A DNA stretch of 20,000 bases from an uncultured virus (IMG/VR IMGVR_UViG_3300029922_000049) (IMGVR_UViG_3300029922_000049); one strand, 5' to 3'; positions 8,079-16,277 are shown, counted from the first letter of the stretch. Numbers and translations are program-made. The notes: generated from the sequence alone by a model not told the origin.

Positions 8079-9434
8079 ATGAAGAAACCAAATGGATATT
8101 GGACATATGAAAAATGTAAAGAAGCTGCGTTAGAATGTAATACTAAAGAAGAACTAAGAAAAAAATATGGAACAGCATATAACTTGATTTATAAAAATAA
8201 ATGGATAGAATTGGCGAAACATTTTATTGATATTAGAAAAATTAACGGATACTGTACTACTTATGAGAAATGTAAAACAGAGTTAGCCAAATATAAAAAA
8301 CTCGCAGAATTTAAAAACAAATGGATATATAAAGTTATTTTAAATAATAAATGGAACGATTTACTTGAAGACTTTTATACTATAAAAATTGGTGGATGGT
8401 CTTATGATGAATGTAAAAATATTGCATCTAATTATTCAAATAGAACAGAATTAAGTAAAAACCATTCGGCTGTATATAGGAAAATTTTTAAAAATAATTG
8501 GAACGAATTATTAAATCATATGCCAAATGCAAAAATATGGACGTATGATAAATGTGTAGAAGAATCACTAAAATATGAATATAAATATGATTTAAAAAAA
8601 TATTCTTCAAGTGCATACACATCAATACTTAAAAATAAATGGTACGATATTCTTAATAATATGAAATGTAAGATTAAAAATGAATGGACATATGATGAGT
8701 GCAAAAAATATTCTAAAAAATTTAAAACTTTAAAAGATTTCAATAAGAAATATCCTGGAGCAGTTGATGCTATATATAGGCATAGTTGGTTAGATATAAT
8801 TGAAAAATTGAGAGAACAAAAACCACCCAATTATTGGACATATGATAAATGTAAAGATGTTGCACTAAAATATGACAATTTAAAAGATTTCAGAAAAGAT
8901 AATGGTGGCGCTTATTATAGAATAAATAATAATGGCTGGAGTGAATTATTAGAACATATGAAAAAAATGCCAAATTTTTATAAAAGAGCATTGTATGTTT
9001 ATGAATTTTCCGATAATACTTGTTATGTTGGATTGACATGTGATTTAAATAGACGACACTATCAACATTTAAATGATGATAAAGATTCTATTTATAAATA
9101 TATAAAGAATACAAATATTCAACCTAATTTTATAATAAAAAGTGATTATTTAGATGTTAAAGATGCTGTAAAAATGGAAGAAATTATCTTAAATGAATAT
9201 AAAACTAACAATTGGAAAGCTTTAAATAAAAACAAAACAGGTTCAATAGGCGGAATAATACTTTATTGGACATATGATAAATGTTTAGAAGAAATCAGGA
9301 AATATAAAACTCACGGTGATTTTAGAAAAAATGCTCCTGGTGCATATAACTCAGCCTATAAAAAAGGTTGGTTATATGAACTATTGGAGAATAATATAAA
9401 AGATTATGTGAAAAAAAGTAAAAAATCATTATAA
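8079..9434 (+). CDS. GIY-YIG (homing-type) endonuclease with seven ~48-aa W-T-Y-x-x-C helical repeats
   Basis: LYVYEF...YVGLT...RRHYQH...E...N GIY-YIG core; six repeats before it and one after. Confidence 0.8.
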   Translation: MKKPNGYWTYEKCKEAALECNTKEELRKKYGTAYNLIYKNKWIELAKHFIDIRKINGYCTTYEKCKTELAKYKKLAEFKNKWIYKVILNNKWNDLLEDFYTIKIGGWSYDECKNIASNYSNRTELSKNHSAVYRKIFKNNWNELLNHMPNAKIWTYDKCVEESLKYEYKYDLKKYSSSAYTSILKNKWYDILNNMKCKIKNEWTYDECKKYSKKFKTLKDFNKKYPGAVDAIYRHSWLDIIEKLREQKPPNYWTYDKCKDVALKYDNLKDFRKDNGGAYYRINNNGWSELLEHMKKMPNFYKRALYVYEFSDNTCYVGLTCDLNRRHYQHLNDDKDSIYKYIKNTNIQPNFIIKSDYLDVKDAVKMEEIILNEYKTNNWKALNKNKTGSIGGIILYWTYDKCLEEIRKYKTHGDFRKNAPGAYNSAYKKGWLYELLENNIKDYVKKSKKSL

Positions 9435-11327
9435 GTTTTTAAGCATTTCATAAAAATCACTAATAGACATTATCTTCACACCGAATTCTTTTGCTTTATT
9501 CATCTTGGAACTTGAACTTGAAATATCACTGCAAACTAAATGTGTTGTATTTTTTGAAATTGATGACCCTTCTTTTCCACCATGTTTAATAAATAAATTT
9601 TCTTCTTCACTACCTTTTTTAAGCCTAAAGCCTGTGAATACAAAAATTTGTCCTTCTAAATCTTTATTTTTCATAATATTATTTTTTAATTGTTTTGTTT
9701 CAATTGTTATTTGAGGTTTGTCTTGAAGCCATTCATAAAAAGTATCATAAGCATCAAGATATGCATGTGCTGATTTATCTGAGAATCCTTTGATTGCTAA
9801 AATTTCATCAAGTGATGGTTTATAATCAAGATGCATCAGCAATTCAATCTTTTTACTACCAAGATTCTTAAAGAAATTTGAAGCGTGCATCAATTTTGAT
9901 AATTTAACATTTGTAACTGCTTTATGTATGGATTGAAAAACTATAGATGATTTCCGATCTCCAAAGCGGTCTAATGATTCTAAATCTTCTTTTGATAATT
10001 CTAGTATTTGTTTAACAGTTTTATACCCAGCATTATATAATTGATTAATTATACCTTCTGATACATTTTCAGCACCAAGAATTTCAAAGAATGAAATGAG
10101 TTTTTTTATCTCTTGTTCTTCAGTTCCTTCAACCATTAATTCTACACCTGTTTCATTCCAAAATACTTTTGATGATCCAAAGGTTGGCATTTCAAATCCA
10201 GTTGATTTTAACACTCTAATCAACTTAGGAATGACACCCCCGCTGCGTGTAATTTCTATTAAACTATTGATACCCAAGCCATTATCTTTTACAAACTTAT
10301 AGTTATTTAATGTCACTCTAGATATAAGAGCGCCATCCAATAACACAGGAGTTATGAGAGCAACTGGTTTCAGATAGGATTGCTTAGAGACTTCTTTAAC
10401 AATTTCAAGAATTGTTGTTTCAGCGGTTTCAGACCATTGAGGATTTTTATATGCTCTTGCATATGCAGGATTATTATTAGTTTCTCTTCCAAGTTTCTTT
10501 CTGATATCTTTATCATTAATATCAAAAACAAGTCCATCAATATCATACTCTTTACCCCATTCAATAAATATTTCATTCAACTCATCAAAGTCCAAATCTT
10601 TTGCTTTAAATATTTTATATGGTACATCAGAAAAATTTTCATTAATAAATTTTAATTGTTCAGATTTATCTTGAGTGAAATCTTCACTTGCATATCCATA
10701 ACGAATATGTTTAGCAAATTTTAAATCTTCTGATGGTGTATCAGAATTTTTAAGTCCTGCGATCATATTACGAGCATTTTTAAATGGTTCTCCGTTGTCT
10801 CTATAAAAGGTATGACTATTAAAAACTGGTTTTGGAAAAATCATTTCTCCAATAGTGAACAAATTAATTCGTTCTCCTTTATCTCTAAGCTTAGTGTAAT
10901 GCAAGTGCATTGATTCCCCAGTTATACCGTCACCTCTTGACCAAGCAAGTTGGTTATATTCATCTTTAAGGATTGACATTCCATCATATTTTGATGTACA
11001 GACTAATTCTGTTTCTAAAGGTAGTCCTTTATTTTTTAACCATTTATGAATTTCTTCAATTGTATGGTATTTATCCAATGAATACATTGGATATTTCAAA
11101 GATTCTTTTCTATCTGGATTTACATCTTCACTATCTTCAATAACGCCAGATTCAAATATTTCATTATCTGGATTTAATTTTTGAAATGTTAAAATCAACT
11201 TATCATATTCAGGATCAGTTATTTCAGGTTCTCCATTACGATATTTCTGATTTAGTTTTTTAACTTCGATTGAAGCTTCGTTAAATTTGTTATTATCTAA
11301 CAATTTATAAATTTCTGATAAAGTCAT
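9429..11327 (-). CDS. ligA: NAD-dependent DNA ligase
   Basis: Domain Ia (Y...ITDPEYD), PMYSLDK, adenylation KYDG, SRGDGITGE, NARN, DIDGLV, OB fold RSGGVIP, HhH repeats, C-terminal BRCT (FVFTG...KA). Confidence 0.97.
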   Translation of the reverse strand: MTLSEIYKLLDNNKFNEASIEVKKLNQKYRNGEPEITDPEYDKLILTFQKLNPDNEIFESGVIEDSEDVNPDRKESLKYPMYSLDKYHTIEEIHKWLKNKGLPLETELVCTSKYDGMSILKDEYNQLAWSRGDGITGESMHLHYTKLRDKGERINLFTIGEMIFPKPVFNSHTFYRDNGEPFKNARNMIAGLKNSDTPSEDLKFAKHIRYGYASEDFTQDKSEQLKFINENFSDVPYKIFKAKDLDFDELNEIFIEWGKEYDIDGLVFDINDKDIRKKLGRETNNNPAYARAYKNPQWSETAETTILEIVKEVSKQSYLKPVALITPVLLDGALISRVTLNNYKFVKDNGLGINSLIEITRSGGVIPKLIRVLKSTGFEMPTFGSSKVFWNETGVELMVEGTEEQEIKKLISFFEILGAENVSEGIINQLYNAGYKTVKQILELSKEDLESLDRFGDRKSSIVFQSIHKAVTNVKLSKLMHASNFFKNLGSKKIELLMHLDYKPSLDEILAIKGFSDKSAHAYLDAYDTFYEWLQDKPQITIETKQLKNNIMKNKDLEGQIFVFTGFRLKKGSEEENLFIKHGGKEGSSISKNTTHLVCSDISSSSSKMNKAKEFGVKIMSISDFYEMLKNL

Positions 11328-11358
11328 ATTTTTATATTTTTATGTTGTTTATAGAATA

Positions 11359-11408
11359 CAAAGATAAAAAAAATATCTTGAATAAAAAAATTATTCAAGA
11401 TATTTTTT
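11359..11408. terminator. 18-bp hairpin overlapping the ligA promoter
   Basis: AAAAAATATCTTGAATAA (11368-11385) / TTATTCAAGATATTTTTT (11391-11408); -7 box TATCTTTG on the minus strand at 11359-11366. Confidence 0.7.
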
Positions 11409-11424
11409 ATGAAAATATTATTTT

Positions 11425-12195
11425 TTAACTTTTAGAATTAGATATCATAAAAAATTCTGGAAAATCTAATGATTTTTCCAAACTCATAAATTTATCTATT
11501 GCACCAGGTGAAATTTCTTTAACGTAATTTGAAAATTTGTTAGTAGAATCTTGTATAGCTTGATTTTTTGTTTTCATTGTTGGAGTAAAATAAAATTCAT
11601 CTTTAAATGCTTGAGACATTAATCCAATAAAATAGCAGCAATCTAAATAATTTTCTATTTGATCAGTTGATTCAAATTTGAATAGTTGATTATATTTTTG
11701 AATATTTGTAAGCATAATATTTTTATAATTCTCATCTAATACACTATCTATTATATATTTAACTGCTGAACGAATTGTATTAGGTTCATGTCCTCTTGTT
11801 GTTATAATAGAGAATAATCTACCTTCTTTTAGAGTTGTTAAAAATGATTCCCATGATGGTCCAAAATTTTTATTATTTATTGCTTTTTTAATATCATAGA
11901 CAAGTGCGTTATCTACTCTTGTCCCATTATCACTAAATTCAGAAAATGTATATTTAGTATCTGCTTTCCATTCATTGTTGTCAATATAGTTTGTCGGATA
12001 TTTAGAACGTATTTTAGAAAAATCTTGAATTGAGACATCTTTATTTGTCCATTTACCATTTTCAAAATGTTGAAAATGTAAAGGCGTATTCATAATAAGT
12101 AAATTATCATCAATATCAAATATTGAATATTTTGAATTTTCTATATTTTGTTGTTCTAAAATAAATGCATTCCAATCTTTAACTTTTTTACTCAT
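11425..12195 (-). CDS. HAD-superfamily-like protein
   Basis: Motif I FDIDDNL and motif II IITTRGH; no clear motif IV. Confidence 0.6.
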   Translation of the reverse strand: MSKKVKDWNAFILEQQNIENSKYSIFDIDDNLLIMNTPLHFQHFENGKWTNKDVSIQDFSKIRSKYPTNYIDNNEWKADTKYTFSEFSDNGTRVDNALVYDIKKAINNKNFGPSWESFLTTLKEGRLFSIITTRGHEPNTIRSAVKYIIDSVLDENYKNIMLTNIQKYNQLFKFESTDQIENYLDCCYFIGLMSQAFKDEFYFTPTMKTKNQAIQDSTNKFSNYVKEISPGAIDKFMSLEKSLDFPEFFMISNSKS

Positions 12196-12509
12196 TATAA
12201 ATTAAATTTTTTTACTGAGTCATATAATTCTGGATCTTTCATATATTTAATCATATCATTATATTCTTCATCAGTTATATTAATTTTTCTAACGGAATAA
12301 TCTTTAGCTCTATAATTTATAATATATCCTCCTGATCTAAAATTATTTTTTGATATATCTTCAACTCTTGTTATAGAAATAGGACCATGTTTTTTTATAA
12401 ACTCATCATTAGTAGTTATATAATCATAAAAAACTTTCATCATATTAGTATAATAAATATCTGCTTGTAATTTCATGTGATAATATTCATCAAAACTATA
12501 TATTTTCAT
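12195..12509 (-). CDS. Hypothetical protein
   Basis: 104-aa ORF preceded by TTTTTATATATA; coupled to the HAD-like gene. Confidence 0.7.
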   Translation of the reverse strand: MKIYSFDEYYHMKLQADIYYTNMMKVFYDYITTNDEFIKKHGPISITRVEDISKNNFRSGGYIINYRAKDYSVRKINITDEEYNDMIKYMKDPELYDSVKKFNL

Positions 12510-12557
12510 TATAAATAAATTTTTATTTATTGGTATATATAAAAATAAAAATCCATC

Positions 12558-12821
12558 TTAAACAGATGGATTTTTAATATTATTTAACTTTTCTAATTTA
12601 TATTTTCTAAATTTTGAATATTCTATAAATCTTTGTTTTCTAAAAAGTGCATTAGGAAATTCCTTAAAATTAATTTCACCATAACTATTAATAGAATTAA
12701 AAGTATAGGTTTCTCCCATTTTTAATAATGAGATAGAACCGCCTAATTCTATACTAGAATATCGTGAATAATTATCAATGCAAATCATTTTAGTACCATA
12801 TTTATAGTCTTTATATTTCAT
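12558..12821 (-). CDS. Small SH3/KOW-like beta protein with RxxKLxxL tail
   Basis: GTKMICIDN...LLKMGETYTF; tail RKYKLEKL; close paralogue of 12811..13062. Confidence 0.7.
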   Translation of the reverse strand: MKYKDYKYGTKMICIDNYSRYSSIELGGSISLLKMGETYTFNSINSYGEINFKEFPNALFRKQRFIEYSKFRKYKLEKLNNIKNPSV

Positions 12822-13062
12822 TTAATTTTTCTAATTTATATTTTCTTAATTCTGAAATTTTTATAAATCTATTATTATTGAATAAATGGTGAGATATTTC
12901 ATTAAGTCCCAATTCTTCATTAGTGTAATAACCACTACTAACAGTATACACTTTACCTATTTCTAATAATTTTATATTACTTAATTTTGTATCTGGTGAA
13001 TATAATGTGAAATTATCTATACAAACTATTTTTTCACCTATTTTATAATTTTTAGATTTCAT
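12811..13062 (-). CDS. Small SH3/KOW-like beta protein with RxxKLxxL tail
   Basis: GEKIVCIDN...LLEIGKVYTV; tail RKYKLEKL. Confidence 0.7.
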   Translation of the reverse strand: MKSKNYKIGEKIVCIDNFTLYSPDTKLSNIKLLEIGKVYTVSSGYYTNEELGLNEISHHLFNNNRFIKISELRKYKLEKLNEI

Positions 13063-13065
13063 ATT

Positions 13066-13266
13066 TCAATCTTCTAATTTTTCACGATTATTCTTCAAAT
13101 ATTTATAAATGCTAATAAATATTTTATTAAAGCTTCCTATTTCACAAATATATTTTCTATTTAAAATAATCATTTTAACAAAATTTGATTGATTACCAGT
13201 CAAATCTTTTATTCCTGAATCTTTAACCCAATTAGAATATATATCTTCTGATTTTTTATCTTTCAT
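13066..13266 (-). CDS. Hypothetical protein (66 aa)
   Basis: ATG at 13266 preferred because the longer start overlaps a TATATTTG -7 promoter box. Confidence 0.55.
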   Translation of the reverse strand: MKDKKSEDIYSNWVKDSGIKDLTGNQSNFVKMIILNRKYICEIGSFNKIFISIYKYLKNNREKLED

Positions 13267-13309
13267 AATTTTTTTGCAAATATACAATAATATCTTGATA
13301 TAAAAAATA

Positions 13310-13368
13310 TTTTGTTCAAAATAATATTAACTTCATTGACAATGAACATCATATTTAATTGAACAAAA
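13310..13368. terminator. Imperfect long hairpin
   Basis: TTTTGTTCAA / TTGAACAAAA outer stem with inner TTCATTG-A-CAATGAA; downstream of the interrupted gene. Confidence 0.5.
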
Positions 13369-13386
13369 AATATACATCAAATCAAA

Positions 13387-14191
13387 TTATTTATTTTTTA
13401 TATCAATTATAGTATCAAATAATTTATTAAATTTAGATTTTAAATCATTTAAATCTTTTTCATATTCATTCATTTCATCTATAACAGCATCAATATCGCA
13501 AAAGTAATAGTTATTATTATCTTCTGTTTTAGAACTATCTATATCTGCTTTATATAATGGAAAATATAATCCAGTACCGTCAACTTAAACTTATACAAAT
13601 TTGTACTTGCTGTGACGTTTGAATTTCGTTTGATGAAATTCTTTATCCGAACACACTATTCTCTATAGTTTAAAGAAATCGTAGTCGCTTTTAATTATTT
13701 AAACTACATAACGAACAACCATTTTTAAGAATTATTATAGTCCGTTGTTAAGATGTATTTAAAAGTGTATTAATCGTTTTATGTTTACTGTAATCAATAT
13801 TATTGATATGTATAAAGATTAAAAGTTTCAGTTTGATTTTTAATCAAACTTATTACTTTTATGATTTTACGTTAGTTAAGTTTTTAACTAACAACCATTT
13901 TATCATGACATCAAAGAACTATTTGTTTAATTATATTTAATAGTATAATATTTTAAAAAAGTTTATTTTATTTACACTTTTTTATATTTTTATTTAAATT
14001 TTTTGTAACGGAATCTTTACCTTCAAAATCTTTATCATTTGCTAATCTCTCAACATAATAATAAATAACAATTGCATAACCTATGTTATCAAATCCTTCA
14101 CATTTTGTTTCAATAAAACTAGTTATATTTTTTTAACATATTTTAAAATATATATTGGATCACCTACCAATAAATCTGTCCATTTTTTCAT
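13387..14191 (-). pseudogene. Interrupted gene (~124 aa when reconstructed), split by an insertion and by a frameshift in an A7 run
   Basis: MKKWTDLLVGDPIYILKYVKK [A7 at 14128-14134] NITSFIETK...DFEGKDS [insertion] GTGLYFPLYKAD...DIKNK*; the 3' part is a 65-codon open frame with no start at its 5' end. Confidence 0.7.
13577..14011 (-). mobile_element. Non-coding structured insertion; candidate non-autonomous IS607-like/omegaRNA element
   Basis: Ends CCGTTAC...GTTGACGG; CG repeated at both junctions; several perfect hairpins; internal promoter-like and boxA-like motifs; no ORF of 60 aa or more. Confidence 0.6.
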
Positions 14192-14204
14192 AATATTGTT
14201 ATTT

Positions 14205-14447
14205 TTAAAAATCATCGTAGCACCATATTGGTGTATGATCACCCACATAAGCGTTAGCAGTATTATATTCAAAATATTCTTCTGCTTCTTCTTCTGTCAT
14301 GCCGTCATTTATAAATATTTCAATACATTTTGATACTGAGTATATCAATCTCATTGAGTTTATTTCAAGTCCAATAACTGCATCATCTAATCCATCAGCA
14401 GATAATATTTCTTCATCTGGATAATTATTTATAATTTCCTCTAACAT
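14205..14447 (-). CDS. Conserved phage hypothetical protein
   Basis: ADGLDDAVIG...YSVSKCI...EEAEEYFEYN...AYVG..TP pattern recalled from many phages. Confidence 0.75.
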   Translation of the reverse strand: MLEEIINNYPDEEILSADGLDDAVIGLEINSMRLIYSVSKCIEIFINDGMTEEEAEEYFEYNTANAYVGDHTPIWCYDDF

Positions 14448-14474
14448 TTAATATTTATTTTTTTTTATAAAAAC

Positions 14475-14657
14475 TTAACAATTCCAAATTATACCAATTG
14501 CATCGTCAGTTTCCCATCCTGTTCCTTCTTCTATCGTCAAATCACTAATCATCATCACTGCACTATCATCAAAAAGTGGTCCAATTTCAATATCATCAAT
14601 ATTAGGATATATTACTCTTAATTCTTCTATTTTTTCTATTAATTCTTTTACTAACAT
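14475..14657 (-). CDS. Hypothetical protein
   Basis: 60-aa ORF with an MxVKELIEK start typical of small phage proteins. Confidence 0.6.
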   Translation of the reverse strand: MLVKELIEKIEELRVIYPNIDDIEIGPLFDDSAVMMISDLTIEEGTGWETDDAIGIIWNC

Positions 14658-14881
14658 ATTTTTTCATTAATTTTATTTAATTTTAATTTTCTATATTGAT
14701 TATATGTTATGAATTTATTCATAGTATAACTACAAACTATATAACATAAATTTTTATAATTATCAAGATAACTCACATTTGTTATAATATCTTTGTGTAT
14801 ATTAATAATAGTATATGTTTTATATTTATCGAAAATACAAATATCGTTACTCATATAAGTAATTTTATCACCTTTCTTCAT
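14651..14881 (-). CDS. Small SH3/KOW-like protein with RxxKLxxI tail
   Basis: MKKGDKI...KYKTYTI; tail RKLKLNKI. Confidence 0.65.
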   Translation of the reverse strand: MKKGDKITYMSNDICIFDKYKTYTIINIHKDIITNVSYLDNYKNLCYIVCSYTMNKFITYNQYRKLKLNKINEKIC

Positions 14882-15245
14882 ATTTAACAGAATTTATATA
14901 TTTCAGTTTTTTTAATCTATTAATTTGAATAAATGGTTCAGGAAAAGTTATTTCAATCTTATCATATAATTCTTTTAGTTTTTCAACTGGATAATGATCA
15001 AATTTTGGATCAAAAGCATAATTAACACAAGCAAATTCATTGAAAGAATGTGAAAAATTACCATATTCCTGTACAAAAAAATAATAAAAATTTTTATGAA
15101 AATTTTTTCCTTCTATTGTATCTGGAGGATAAGAATATTTTCTGTTCCGCCAATTACAAATAATTCCATGTTTAATCCTGAACAATTTATTTAATTCTTC
15201 ATATTTTAGTTTTCTTTTTCTTTCTTTCTTTTTCCTATTAAACAT
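14868..15245 (-). CDS. Hypothetical protein with RxxKLxxI tail
   Basis: 125-aa ORF; tail RLKKLKYI. Confidence 0.65.
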   Translation of the reverse strand: MFNRKKKERKRKLKYEELNKLFRIKHGIICNWRNRKYSYPPDTIEGKNFHKNFYYFFVQEYGNFSHSFNEFACVNYAFDPKFDHYPVEKLKELYDKIEITFPEPFIQINRLKKLKYINSVKYEER

Positions 15246-15246
15246 A

Positions 15247-15618
15247 TTATAATGAATTTAATTTATTTTCAAATTCTTTAATTGATTTTTTAAATTTTTT
15301 AAGTTCATTTTTTAAATTATTCACACTTCCAATATCATTTTTAATTTGTTCATTTATTGATAATACTGTATTAATAATTTCTTCTAATTGTTTAACTGAT
15401 ATTCCATCTGTTAAAAAATGAGATTGTAGTCTCCAGTTACCGTCATTATCTGATATTAGAAAACATTTTGTTATTTCTTCTTCGGACAAAATAAACCAAT
15501 TCTTTGATAGTTTATCTTTAAATACATTAATTCCAATTTTGTTAAAAAGTTCAATTGTTTTTAAAACGTCTTCTTTATTGTTAATTGAAATTACGCTAAT
15601 TTCGTTTGGTGCTTTCAT
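15247..15618 (-). CDS. Hypothetical protein with C-terminal coiled coil
   Basis: 123-aa ORF in a tightly packed operon. Confidence 0.65.
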   Translation of the reverse strand: MKAPNEISVISINNKEDVLKTIELFNKIGINVFKDKLSKNWFILSEEEITKCFLISDNDGNWRLQSHFLTDGISVKQLEEIINTVLSINEQIKNDIGSVNNLKNELKKFKKSIKEFENKLNSL

Positions 15619-15624
15619 TATATT

Positions 15625-16059
15625 TTATATTATTAATTTACCGTTAATATGATCAAATTGATGTTGAATTGCGATGGCATTTAAATCTTTAAATGTAGAT
15701 AATTTATAATTCCAATTAATATCATAATATTTAATATGAACTATTGATCTTCTATTAATTGGAAATTCTAAATTAGGAAAGCTTAAGCATTTTTCTTTAT
15801 TTTGTATAAGAAATCCATCAAGTTTTATTTCTGGATTTATAAATACTTCTTTTAAATCAGGATTATTAATTACAAATAAATTTAAATTGTGTCCAACTTG
15901 TGGCGCAGATAATCCAAATTCAAAATTATGATAATTAATAGTTTCAAACATATCTTTAATCAAAGAAATTAAAAAAGGATTTTCTTTTTTTACGTCTACA
16001 TTTATTTTTCGTAATTTACCTGAGTTAGAATCATCATATTTGATTATATCTAAAATCAT
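15625..16059 (-). CDS. def: Peptide deformylase homologue with a substituted active site
   Basis: GLSAPQVG, VFINP, EKCLSFP, QHQFDHING (canonical GxGxAAxQ, EGCLS, HExDH). Confidence 0.85.
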   Translation of the reverse strand: MILDIIKYDDSNSGKLRKINVDVKKENPFLISLIKDMFETINYHNFEFGLSAPQVGHNLNLFVINNPDLKEVFINPEIKLDGFLIQNKEKCLSFPNLEFPINRRSIVHIKYYDINWNYKLSTFKDLNAIAIQHQFDHINGKLII

Positions 16060-16277
16060 TTATTTTTCTTTTTTTCTTTCTTTTTTTCTTTATTTTCAGC
16101 TTTTTCTATTTTCTTTTCTTCTAATTTCTCTGAAACTCCTGATTTGAAAAAATCTTTATATTCTTTTTTCGAACAATATTTCCATCCTTGTTCAATATAA
16201 GATTTTATACTAACAACTTCATTAATACTTCCATCAGGTAATTTTTTAAAAGTGTCATTTTTTCTTAATATCTTCAT
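16056..16277 (-). CDS. Hypothetical basic protein
   Basis: 73-aa ORF with GWKYCSK and a Lys/Glu tail. Confidence 0.65.
   Translation of the reverse strand: MKILRKNDTFKKLPDGSINEVVSIKSYIEQGWKYCSKKEYKDFFKSGVSEKLEEKKIEKAENKEKKKEKKKNK

Noticed and set aside
13066..13095. NNREKLED tail as a fifteenth tag
   Set aside because: Arg spacing is wrong and the final hydrophobic residue is missing; not counted.
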